From Deinococcaceae bacterium (GTDB lineage: Bacteria > Deinococcota > Deinococci > Deinococcales > Trueperaceae), in contig JBDZWC010000054.1 of NCBI GenBank assembly GCA_040256005.1, positions 4,003-18,312 of the forward strand: 14,310 nt of DNA, in the 5' to 3' direction. Every line of letters starts with the position of its first letter. Position 1 is the first letter of the stretch. The position numbers and the translations under genes were made by a program. Under the pieces are notes generated by a model. It was not told where the DNA came from and ran no database searches. It saw only the letters and a list, made by a program, of their open reading frames with translations. Positions 1-7,037 of the stretch are shown one piece after another.

Positions 1-1394
1 GAGTTGACCCACACCATGCCGACGTCGAGCGCCTGGGCGAACCGGTGAGCGCGGGCGGCGTCGCGTGTCCACACGTAGGCCGCCAGGCCGTAGTCGACGT
101 CGTTGGCGATGCTCAGCGCCTCGGCCTCGTCCGCGAACGGGATCGCCGTCAACACGGGCCCGAAGATCTCCTCGCGGGCCACGCGCTGCGCCGGCCGGGC
201 GCCGACGAACAGCGTGGGCCGCACGTAGAGCCCGCCCAGCTCAGCGTGCGGTTCGCCTCCGGCGGCGACCCGCACGCCCTCCTCCCGGGCCAGCTCCAGG
301 TAGGAGCTCACCTTCGCCAGGTGCTCGGGATGGATGAGCGGGCCCACCTCGGTCGCGGGGTCGAACGGGTCACCCACCGTCAGGCTGCGCGCTCGCTCGG
401 CCAGGGCGGTCGTGAACTCGTCGTAGACGCTCTCCTGCACGAGCACCCGGCTGCCCGAGGTGCAGCGCTCGCCGTTGAGGCTGTAGATCATGAAGCTGAC
501 CGCGTCGAGCGCCCTGGAGAGGTCAGCGTCGTCGAACACCACGGCCGGGTTCTTGCCGCCCAGCTCGAAGTGCACGCGCTTGAGCGTGGCCGCGCCCTGG
601 GCCATGATCTTCGCTCCCGTGGCGCTCTCGCCCACGAACGCGATCGCCTTGATGTCCGGGTGCTCTGTCAGGGCCTTGCCAGCGGTCTCACCCAGCCCGT
701 TGACGACGTTGAGGACGCCGGGCGGCAGGCCGGCCTCCAGCGCGAGCTGCGCCAGCCGCGCGCCCGACAGCGGCGCCCACTCGGCCGGCTTGTGGACCAC
801 CGTGCATCCGGCCGCCAAGGCCGGGGCGATCTTCCAGGTCGAGAGCATGAACGGCGTGTTCCAGGGCGTGATCACGGCCACCGGACCGATGGGCTTGCGC
901 GTCGTGTAGTTGAGCAGCTCGGGCGTGGGCAGGCTGCGCCCGTCGCGCGCGCCGGGGGCCCGCTCGGCGAAGAACCGGAAGTTCTCGGCGCCGCGAGCGG
1001 CTGCCTGCCGCATGAAACGCAGCGCCTGCCCGGTGTCGATGACCTCCAGCAGCGCCAGCTCCTCGGCGTTGGCTTCGATGAGGTCGGCGAGACGGAGCAG
1101 GAGCCGCTTGCGCTCCTTGGGGTCGAGCGCCGCCCAGTCAGGGAACGCTCGCAGCGCAGCGCGAGCGGCCGCGTCAACGTCCGCCGCGTCGGACGAGGCG
1201 ACCTGCGCCAGCGTCTCCGTGCCCGAAGGGCTCTGCGTCGCGAAGGTCGCCTGCGTCATCGCGGCGCGCCACTCGCCGGCGATCAGGTTGCCCACCTGAG
1301 ACCCGCCCGCGGTCGCCACCAGGCGCGCCACGGCCTGGGCGGCTGCCCGGCGGCCCGCGACCGCGGCTGGGGCCGGCGGCGCCGGCTGCGTCAC
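1..1394 (-). CDS. hpaE: 5-carboxymethyl-2-hydroxymuconate semialdehyde dehydrogenase (aldehyde dehydrogenase family), 3' end truncated by window edge
   Basis: Not in the ORF track because there is no stop inside the window. Manual translation from GTG at 1394 (GTGA overlap with the hpaG stop) gives MTQPAPPAPAAV...GNLIAGEW...IGPVAVITPWNTPFMLSTWKIAPALAAGCTVVHKPAEWAP...KRVHFELGGKNP...IYSLNGERCTSGSR (catalytic Cys)...EEIFGPV...GMVWVN. These are ALDH motifs with HpaE-typical variants, and the gene lies downstream of hpaI/hpaG. Confidence 0.9.
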   Translation of the reverse strand, partial: MTQPAPPAPAAVAGRRAAAQAVARLVATAGGSQVGNLIAGEWRAAMTQATFATQSPSGTETLAQVASSDAADVDAAARAALRAFPDWAALDPKERKRLLLRLADLIEANAEELALLEVIDTGQALRFMRQAAARGAENFRFFAERAPGARDGRSLPTPELLNYTTRKPIGPVAVITPWNTPFMLSTWKIAPALAAGCTVVHKPAEWAPLSGARLAQLALEAGLPPGVLNVVNGLGETAGKALTEHPDIKAIAFVGESATGAKIMAQGAATLKRVHFELGGKNPAVVFDDADLSRALDAVSFMIYSLNGERCTSGSRVLVQESVYDEFTTALAERARSLTVGDPFDPATEVGPLIHPEHLAKVSSYLELAREEGVRVAAGGEPHAELGGLYVRPTLFVGARPAQRVAREEIFGPVLTAIPFADEAEALSIANDVDYGLAAYVWTRDAARAHRFAQALDVGMVWVN

Positions 1395-2185
1395 GCGGTG
1401 GCCCCCTCGACGCGGGCCCGCTCGGTGGTCAGGTCCTCCTCGGCCACTACTGGGTTCTCCAGCGGCGGGAAGTCGGCCACCTCGCAGCGCACGACGTCAC
1501 CGGCGTGCACATGGCTGATGCCCTTGGGCGTGCCGGTGAGGAGCACGTCGCCGGGCATCAGCGTCATGAACTCGCTCACGTAGGCGATGAGCTCAGCGAC
1601 GCCGTGGATCATGTCCCGGGTGTTCCCCTCCTGGCGCAGCTCCTCGTTCACGAAGGTGCGGATGGCCAGGTCCTGCGGGTCGGGCACGCGCTCGGCCGGC
1701 ACCAGGAACGGCCCCATGGGCAGGAAGGTGTCGAAGTTCTTGGGTTTGATGGGCGGGCGGAAGTGGTTGATGACGAAGTCGCGCACGACCAGGTCGTTCG
1801 CGATCGTGTAGGCGTCCACGTGACCCAGCGCGTCCTCGGCACGGACCCGACGCGCCCGCCGCCCGATCACGACCGCCAGCTCCGTCTCGTAGTGCATGAA
1901 CCTGATCCCGAGAGGCCTGATGACCGGTTGCCCATGACCAGTCGCGGCGTTGGCGAACTTCGGGAACAGCGCCGGCTGCTCCGGCTCCTCGAGGTCCAGC
2001 TCGGCTGCGTGGTCGCGGTAGTTGAGGGCGATCGCGATGACCGTCCTCAGGTCCAGGGGCGGCAGCCAGGTCAGCGCCCCGGCCGCCACCGTGCGGCCGT
2101 CCACGGTCACCACCCCATCGTCCTGGCGGACGACGGCCACCTGCCGGCCGTCCAGCAGCGCCCGGCCGGTCAGGGGCCTGGTCAC
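1391..2185 (-). CDS. hpaG: Fumarylacetoacetate hydrolase family protein, single-domain HpaG-like isomerase/decarboxylase
   Basis: The likely true start is GTG at 2185, overlapping the hpaI TGA, rather than 2404; this gives 264 aa. Motifs: TWLPP, ALNYRDHAAEL, HYETELAVVIG, YTIANDL, KNFDTFLPMGP, LMPGDVLLTGTPKG. It sits between hpaI and hpaE. Confidence 0.85.
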   Translation of the reverse strand: MTRPLTGRALLDGRQVAVVRQDDGVVTVDGRTVAAGALTWLPPLDLRTVIAIALNYRDHAAELDLEEPEQPALFPKFANAATGHGQPVIRPLGIRFMHYETELAVVIGRRARRVRAEDALGHVDAYTIANDLVVRDFVINHFRPPIKPKNFDTFLPMGPFLVPAERVPDPQDLAIRTFVNEELRQEGNTRDMIHGVAELIAYVSEFMTLMPGDVLLTGTPKGISHVHAGDVVRCEVADFPPLENPVVAEEDLTTERARVEGATA

Positions 2186-3105
2186 GCTTCTCCCGCCACC
2201 GCGTTCATGAGCCCGTACCGCTTCAGGGTCTCGAGCAGCCGCGCCTCGTTCTCGGGCAGCATGGGCCCCAAGGGAAGGCGCCACCTGGCCTCGCACAAGC
2301 CCATGTGCGCGAGCGCGGTCTTGAGGGGGACCGGGTTTACCTCGATGAAGAGCATGTCGTTGAGCTCGAGCATCTCGTAGTGGAGGTCGCGCGCCTCGTC
2401 CCATCTGCCCGCCGCCGCGAGCTCGTAGAGGCGGGCCGCCTGCCGCGGCGCCACCACGCCCGTGGCGCTGATGTGACCGCTGCCGCCCAGCGTGAGCATC
2501 GGGTAGGTCATGGTCTCGGCGCCGCAGTACACGGCGAAGTCTCGGCCCGCCTCGACGAACGTGTAGGAGACGTCGTCGAGGTTCTTGGTGGCGTGCTTGA
2601 CCCCGACGACGTTCGGATGCTCGCGCCGCAACCGCCCGATCGTGGCGGGAGCGATGTCCACGGCCGCGCGGCCGGGGATGTTGTAGAGGATGACCGGTAC
2701 CTCGGGGTCGAGCTCCGCCACGGCGCCGGCGATGCGCGCGAAGTAGTCGAAGAGGCTCCGCTGGTTGGGCCGGATGTAGTAGGGGGCGATGACGAGCACC
2801 CCGTCCACGCCCAGCTCTACGGCGTGGCGCGTGAGCTCGAGGGTCTCGTCAAGGTTGTTCGAGCCCGTGCCGGGCACGAACGGGACCCGGCCGGCGATCT
2901 GGGCTTTGACGTACTCGACGACCTGCTTGCGCTCCTCGCGGGACAGGGAGCTGGGCTCGCCGGTCGTCCCGGTGCACGACAACCCGTGACTGCCGTTCTC
3001 GATCTGATGCTCCACGATCCTGCCCAGCGCGCCGAAATCGATGCGCGCGTCCTCCCCGGTGAACGGGGTGGGGAGCGGGACGATGGACCCCTTGGGTACC
3101 CGCAT
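2182..3105 (-). CDS. hpaI: DapA-like class I aldolase, probable 2,4-dihydroxyhept-2-ene-1,7-dioate aldolase (HpaI of the DapA-like type)
   Basis: DHDPS-fold motifs GSIVPLPTPF, GTTGEPSSL, PYYIRP, LYNIPGR, VVGVKH (Schiff-base Lys), EVNPVPLK. GGGAGG SD at 3114-3109. It heads the hpaG-hpaE run, so an hpa role is more likely than lysine biosynthesis. Confidence 0.85.
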   Translation of the reverse strand: MRVPKGSIVPLPTPFTGEDARIDFGALGRIVEHQIENGSHGLSCTGTTGEPSSLSREERKQVVEYVKAQIAGRVPFVPGTGSNNLDETLELTRHAVELGVDGVLVIAPYYIRPNQRSLFDYFARIAGAVAELDPEVPVILYNIPGRAAVDIAPATIGRLRREHPNVVGVKHATKNLDDVSYTFVEAGRDFAVYCGAETMTYPMLTLGGSGHISATGVVAPRQAARLYELAAAGRWDEARDLHYEMLELNDMLFIEVNPVPLKTALAHMGLCEARWRLPLGPMLPENEARLLETLKRYGLMNAVAGEA

Positions 3106-3187
3106 GTGCCTCCCGGCTCAGCGCAGGGCCTATTCGTCGCGGCGACGTCTGCCGCCCAGCGCTGGCTCGCTAGTTACCGACCCCAGC

Positions 3188-3216
3188 ACCTTACGGCGCG
3201 CAGTGGGCGCGGGCAA
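3188..3216 (-). promoter_or_regulatory. Sigma70-type promoter of the hpaI-hpaG-hpaE operon (TTGCCC-N17-TAAGGT)
   Basis: On the minus strand, -35 TTGCCC is at 3216-3211, followed by a 17-bp spacer and -10 TAAGGT at 3193-3188. This implies a leader of about 75 nt before the hpaI ATG at 3105. Confidence 0.65.
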
Positions 3217-3263
3217 TCGTCCGCGGGCACAATGTAGCTGGCCCGAGTTGTAGGCATCCACTG
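3217..3263. promoter_or_regulatory. Paired imperfect palindromic operators TTGT-N8-ACAA upstream of the hpaI promoter
   Basis: TCGT-ccgcgggc-ACAA at 3217-3232 abuts the -35. TTGT-aggcatcc-ACTG is at 3248-3263. The offset is 31 bp, the same geometry as at 5400-5446. Confidence 0.6.
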
Positions 3264-3346
3264 AGACGCGCGCTCACGTTCGGCCACGCGCCGAGGATGG
3301 CGCCGTCCACGGTCGCCCTGGAGCGCCTCTGCCCTGGGGGTTCGGC

Positions 3347-4762
3347 TCAGCCAGCCGGCTCGAACGCCTCCGGTCGTTGGGCCAGCCCGGCCAGCAGGCG
3401 GACCGTGGCCTCGGTCCCCTGGCTGAGCATGCTGACCCGGTAGAACTCGTTGGGCGCGTGAGGGCCGTTGTCGGGCTCGCTGAACGCGTAGTACAGGCAC
3501 CAGATGCCCATGGCGGACTGGAACTGCTCGGCCACCGGGACGGTGCCCCCTGTCCAGACAGGGAACGGGCGGCGCCCGAACACGGCCTCCATCGCCTCGG
3601 ACGCCACGCCCAGCGCGGGGTGGTCCAAGGGCATCTGGTACGCGCGCCCGTTGCCAGGCAGGGGCGTGAGCGTGGCTTTGACGCCGGGCGGCGTGTTCCT
3701 CTCGACGTGGCGCCTCAGGGCACCGAGCACCGCCTCCGGGTCCTGGCCCACGACGAGCCGGCAGGTGACCTTGGCCATGGCCCGGTTCGGCAGGACGGTC
3801 TTCACGCCCGGCCCCTGGTAGCCGCCGCCGATGCCGTTGACCTCGAGGGTCGGTCGCACGGAGCGGCGCTCCTCGGCGGTGTAATCGGGGTCGCCCCACC
3901 AGCTCTCCAGGCCCAGCTTGCCGAGCTCCGCGCGCTCGTCGACGGGCTGCTCGCCCACCGCGCGCCTCACGTCTTCCGACAACGGCGGGACACCGTCCTC
4001 GAAGCCCTCGACCACGACCCGACCTTGGTCGTCGTGGAAGCTGGCGATGATGCGGGCCAGGGCGGCGATCGGGTTGGCGACGGCGCCGCCGTACACGCCG
4101 GAGTGCAGGTCGGTGCTGGCGCCCTCCACGACCAGCTCGGCGCCCACCAGCCCGCGCGAGCCTACCGTTACCGAGGGGATGCCCACACCGAAGATGCCCC
4201 CGTCCGCGCAGATCGCGAGGTCCGCCGCGAGCAGCTCGGCGTGCTCGCGCAGGACGGGAGCCAGGTTCGGGCTCCCGATCTCCTCCTCGCCCTCGATCAG
4301 GAAGGTCACGTTCACGGGCGGCATCTGGCCCGTGGCGGTGAACGCCTGCACGGCCTGGATCGCGGTCAACACCCCGGCCTTGTCATCGCAGGACCCGCGC
4401 CCGTAGACCTTGCCGTCACGGACCTCGGGGCTGAACGGCGGCGAGGCCCACAGCTCGAGGGGTTCGGCGGGCTGCACGTCGTAGTGCCCGTAGATGATCA
4501 CGGTCGGCTTGGAGGGGTCGTGGTGCAGGCGGCCCACCACGACCGGGTGGCCCGCGGTCTCTAGCACGCGCACGTCGGGCACACCCGCCCGCTTCAGCCT
4601 CTCGACCGTCCAGCGAGCCGCCACCCGGATGTCGGAGGCATGCTCGGGCTCGGTGCTGACGCTGGGGATCTTCACGTAGTCGACCAGGTCGGCTACGTAC
4701 GACTCACCGCGCCCGGCGACCTCGGTCAGGGCCTTATCTTGTGCTGAAGCGTCGTTGGTCAC
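3347..4762 (-). CDS. M20 family dipeptidase/amidohydrolase (CNDP/ArgE-DapE superfamily)
   Basis: Metal-binding and catalytic motifs YGHYDVQP, GRGSCDDK, EGEEEIGS, DLHSG and C-terminal HAPNE. 471 aa, GTG start. Confidence 0.9.
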   Translation of the reverse strand: MTNDASAQDKALTEVAGRGESYVADLVDYVKIPSVSTEPEHASDIRVAARWTVERLKRAGVPDVRVLETAGHPVVVGRLHHDPSKPTVIIYGHYDVQPAEPLELWASPPFSPEVRDGKVYGRGSCDDKAGVLTAIQAVQAFTATGQMPPVNVTFLIEGEEEIGSPNLAPVLREHAELLAADLAICADGGIFGVGIPSVTVGSRGLVGAELVVEGASTDLHSGVYGGAVANPIAALARIIASFHDDQGRVVVEGFEDGVPPLSEDVRRAVGEQPVDERAELGKLGLESWWGDPDYTAEERRSVRPTLEVNGIGGGYQGPGVKTVLPNRAMAKVTCRLVVGQDPEAVLGALRRHVERNTPPGVKATLTPLPGNGRAYQMPLDHPALGVASEAMEAVFGRRPFPVWTGGTVPVAEQFQSAMGIWCLYYAFSEPDNGPHAPNEFYRVSMLSQGTEATVRLLAGLAQRPEAFEPAG

Positions 4763-4767
4763 GCCAC

Positions 4768-4796
4768 AACGTATCCGCGCTGCGGCCGGGCGTCAA
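4768..4796 (-). promoter_or_regulatory. Near-consensus leaderless promoter of the M20 peptidase (TTGACG-N17-TACGTT)
   Basis: On the minus strand, -35 TTGACG is at 4796-4791, followed by a 17-bp spacer and -10 TACGTT at 4773-4768. The -10 lies only 5 nt before the GTG start at 4762, and there is no SD. Confidence 0.7.
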
Positions 4797-4807
4797 CGCG
4801 CGGAAGG

Positions 4808-5362
4808 TCAGTGGATCCTGACCTTGTGGTCCTCGAGCTGGGTGTACCTGCCGCGCTCGAATATCAGTGGGTCGCCAGGCGCCGTCCGGAGAGCCTCGAC
4901 GCGACCCACGAAGATCGTGTGGTCGCCGGCCTCGAAGCTCGCGTGCATGCGGCAGACGATATGCGCGATAGCGCCGGGGACCACAGGGAAGCCCGCGAAC
5001 TCCTCGAAAGGCTCCGGGTCGTGCAGGACCGGCCGCCCGGCGAAGCGATCGGACACGGCCATCTGATGCTCGCCCAGGACGCTGACGGCGAACCGCTCAC
5101 TGGCCGCCATCGTCTCATAGGCGCGCGCCGACCTGTCCAGGGACACCGCGATGAGTGGCGGGTCCAGCGACACGGACATGAACGCGTTGATCGTGATGCC
5201 GTACGCCTCGCCGTCGGGAGCGACCATCGTCACGACCGTCACGCCAGTCGCGAAGCGCCCCAGCGTGCGGCGGAAGTCCAGGGAGTCGAAAGCGCCTCCC
5301 GACTCGCGCCCCTCGGTAGGGCCTGGGGTGCCCACGACGGACCTGACGGCGGACAGGCTCAT
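4808..5362 (-). CDS. hpaC: Flavin reductase family protein (HpaC-like reductase component of a two-component monooxygenase)
   Basis: Motifs FRRTLGRFATGVTVVT, SVSLDPPLIAV, FAVSVL, EAGDHTIFVG. The hpaC symbol rests on hpa context and the promoter architecture shared with hpaI; the partner oxygenase is not in the window. Confidence 0.8.
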   Translation of the reverse strand: MSLSAVRSVVGTPGPTEGRESGGAFDSLDFRRTLGRFATGVTVVTMVAPDGEAYGITINAFMSVSLDPPLIAVSLDRSARAYETMAASERFAVSVLGEHQMAVSDRFAGRPVLHDPEPFEEFAGFPVVPGAIAHIVCRMHASFEAGDHTIFVGRVEALRTAPGDPLIFERGRYTQLEDHKVRIH

Positions 5363-5370
5363 ACGTTCCG

Positions 5371-5399
5371 AGTGTAGGTACGGCGTCCTAGCCGGTCAA
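5371..5399 (-). promoter_or_regulatory. Sigma70-type (near-)leaderless promoter of the flavin reductase (TTGACC-N17-TACACT)
   Basis: On the minus strand, -35 TTGACC is at 5399-5394, followed by a 17-bp spacer and -10 TACACT at 5376-5371. The -10 lies 8 nt before the ATG at 5362, and there is no SD. Confidence 0.75.
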
Positions 5400-5446
5400 T
5401 CGTGTATGTAGACAAGGAACTGCGCTCTTCTAGTGTACGGCAACAA
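5400..5446. promoter_or_regulatory. Paired imperfect palindromic operators TTGT-N8-ACAA in the hpaC/regulator divergent region
   Basis: TCGT-gtatgtag-ACAA is at 5400-5415 and TAGT-gtacggca-ACAA at 5431-5446, offset by 31 bp. They also form a direct repeat GTGTA-N5-ACAA and stand out as AT-rich in a very GC-rich background. Confidence 0.7.
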
Positions 5447-5475
5447 AGGACGCGGCGACGCCGCGGGCATAGACT
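5447..5475 (+). promoter_or_regulatory. Candidate promoter of the regulator-paa operon (AGGACG-N17-TAGACT)
   Basis: -10 TAGACT is at 5470-5475. A poor -35 AGGACG at 5447-5452 directly abuts the second operator. ATGs follow at 5487 and 5493. Confidence 0.45.
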
Positions 5476-5486
5476 CCGGGAATCAT

Positions 5487-7037
5487 ATGGGCATGGAGTC
5501 GCAAGCGGGCGCGACGCTCCGGCCGCTCCTCGAGCGGGACGACCTGGGGCTCACGTTGGTCCACGGCGAACCCAACACAGGGTTCGGCTCGGTGGTGACG
5601 TTGGCACGGGAGGCCGACAGGGCGTGGCTGCGTCCCACCGACCTGCGCATACACGAAGGGGAGTTCGGTCTCCCGCGACCGCCCGGCGACCCCGTCTTGG
5701 AGCCTCCGCCAGCAGTCGTCCTGCACAGCCTGTCGACGAAGCGGAGGGCTGTGCCCGACACCCTCGTCGAGCGGTGCCGGGCCGCGGGTGTGACGTTGGT
5801 GGTCTCGCCGCCGACCGTGGACCCGGGCTCGGTCGAGGAGGCCGCCTTGCAGTTGCTGGTGCGGGCAGCCGGGCCCGCCCTCACCGGGCTGGCCACCTTG
5901 CAGCGGCGACTGCTCGCCGCGCTGGAGGGCCCCAAGCCGGAGCGCGCGGCGCTCGAGGCGATCAGCCGGCTATCCGGCATGGGGATGGCCGTCCTCAGCC
6001 CATGGGGGGAGGTCGTGGCGCGCGCCGGGGATACCTTCGGCCGGCTCGGCGGCACGGATCCAACGGCGCTGTCCGAGGGCCGCATGCGGTTCCGCGGCCG
6101 CGACGCCCTGGCGGCCAGGGTCGTCGTCCGGGGGCGCCTGCGCTCGGTCATCATCGCTTTCGAGGCCGGCCCCGACTCCATGACCTGGCTCGAACTGGCG
6201 CGCTCGCTGCTGGCGGCGGCGGCGCTGCAGCGGTCGGCCGAGGCGCAGCAAGACCGCAGCCGCAAGGGTGCGCTGCTGGCCGAGTGGCTGGCCGGACCCC
6301 AGGCGGCGACGATGCTGCTTCCGCGCCTCGTCGACGCCGGCATCGAGACCGAGGCCGACTACGTCGTGGCCGTGGGAGAGGCAGGCCCGCGCGCTCGCAG
6401 CGGCCGCATGGCTGCGGTCCGTGGCCAGGCGTTGCTCGAGAAGCTCAGGGAGGCCGCCGACGAGTACTTCCGGACGCGCGGCTACGGCTACCTCTCGGAG
6501 ACGCGCGCCGAGCACGTCGTCTGGGTCTTCTCGGGCGGCGCCCCCCGCGCTCAGGCCGATCCGCTGCATCAGGCCCTGCGGGCGGCGGCCGGCGAGAAGG
6601 TGCCAGTGCGGCTGGGGCTCAGCCTGCCCAGGTCGGACCTTACTGGTGTGGCCGACGCCTACCACCAGGCGGTCTTGGCCGCGCAGTCCTTGGCGGGCCC
6701 CTCGGGGCATGCCTGGTTCGACCTCGTCGATCCGGTCTACTGGGTGCTCAAGCAACAGCCGCCGGCCAACCTGGCGACCATGCGTGACCGCCTCGTCGGC
6801 CCGGTCAAGGAGGCTGACGACGGCAAGCTGTGGCGGACGCTGACGGCCTACCTGCGCTCGCGCGACGACCTAGGCGCCTTGGCAGAGGAGCTGCACGTGC
6901 ACGTGAACACACTGCGGTACCGGCTCAAGCGCATCGCCACCCTGCTGGGCGTCGACCTGGCTCGACCCGAGACGCTGGCCAAGCTCTACCTGGCCCAGCA
7001 GATCGACGCCATGCTCGAGCGCGAGGGCGGGGCGTGA
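5487..7037 (+). CDS. PucR/CdaR family transcriptional regulator (C-terminal HTH_30)
   Basis: N-terminal PucR-like start (TLRPLLERDDLGLTLV), central GGDEF-like region (VRLGLS...ADAYHQA) and C-terminal signature LWRTLTAYL...LAEELHVHVNTLRYRLKRIATLLGVDL. The start is probably ATG 5487 or 5493; the track's GTG 5433 lies within the operator. Confidence 0.9.
   Translation: MGMESQAGATLRPLLERDDLGLTLVHGEPNTGFGSVVTLAREADRAWLRPTDLRIHEGEFGLPRPPGDPVLEPPPAVVLHSLSTKRRAVPDTLVERCRAAGVTLVVSPPTVDPGSVEEAALQLLVRAAGPALTGLATLQRRLLAALEGPKPERAALEAISRLSGMGMAVLSPWGEVVARAGDTFGRLGGTDPTALSEGRMRFRGRDALAARVVVRGRLRSVIIAFEAGPDSMTWLELARSLLAAAALQRSAEAQQDRSRKGALLAEWLAGPQAATMLLPRLVDAGIETEADYVVAVGEAGPRARSGRMAAVRGQALLEKLREAADEYFRTRGYGYLSETRAEHVVWVFSGGAPRAQADPLHQALRAAAGEKVPVRLGLSLPRSDLTGVADAYHQAVLAAQSLAGPSGHAWFDLVDPVYWVLKQQPPANLATMRDRLVGPVKEADDGKLWRTLTAYLRSRDDLGALAEELHVHVNTLRYRLKRIATLLGVDLARPETLAKLYLAQQIDAMLEREGGA

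Noticed and set aside
2182..3105. Annotation as lysine-biosynthesis dapA
   Set aside because: Coupling to hpaG/hpaE and the shared operator favour the DapA-like HpaI aldolase.
3262..3346. Terminator after the M20 gene
   Set aside because: The short GC hairpins have no U-tract and cannot be distinguished from chance.
45..4564. Long + strand ORFs 45..1583, 1505..2380, 2305..3237, 3377..4564
   Set aside because: These are antisense shadows of hpaE, hpaG, hpaI and the M20 gene. They are typical of high-GC codon bias and have no recognisable motifs.
4754..4770. TTGG-N7-ACAA overlapping the M20 start as a fifth operator
   Set aside because: The spacing is wrong, there is no partner site at 31 bp, and it is not positioned next to the -35.
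5402..6787. 461-aa + strand ORF overlapping the regulator
   Set aside because: It is an Arg/Gly/Ala-rich alternative frame; the PucR frame carries the conserved HTH signature.
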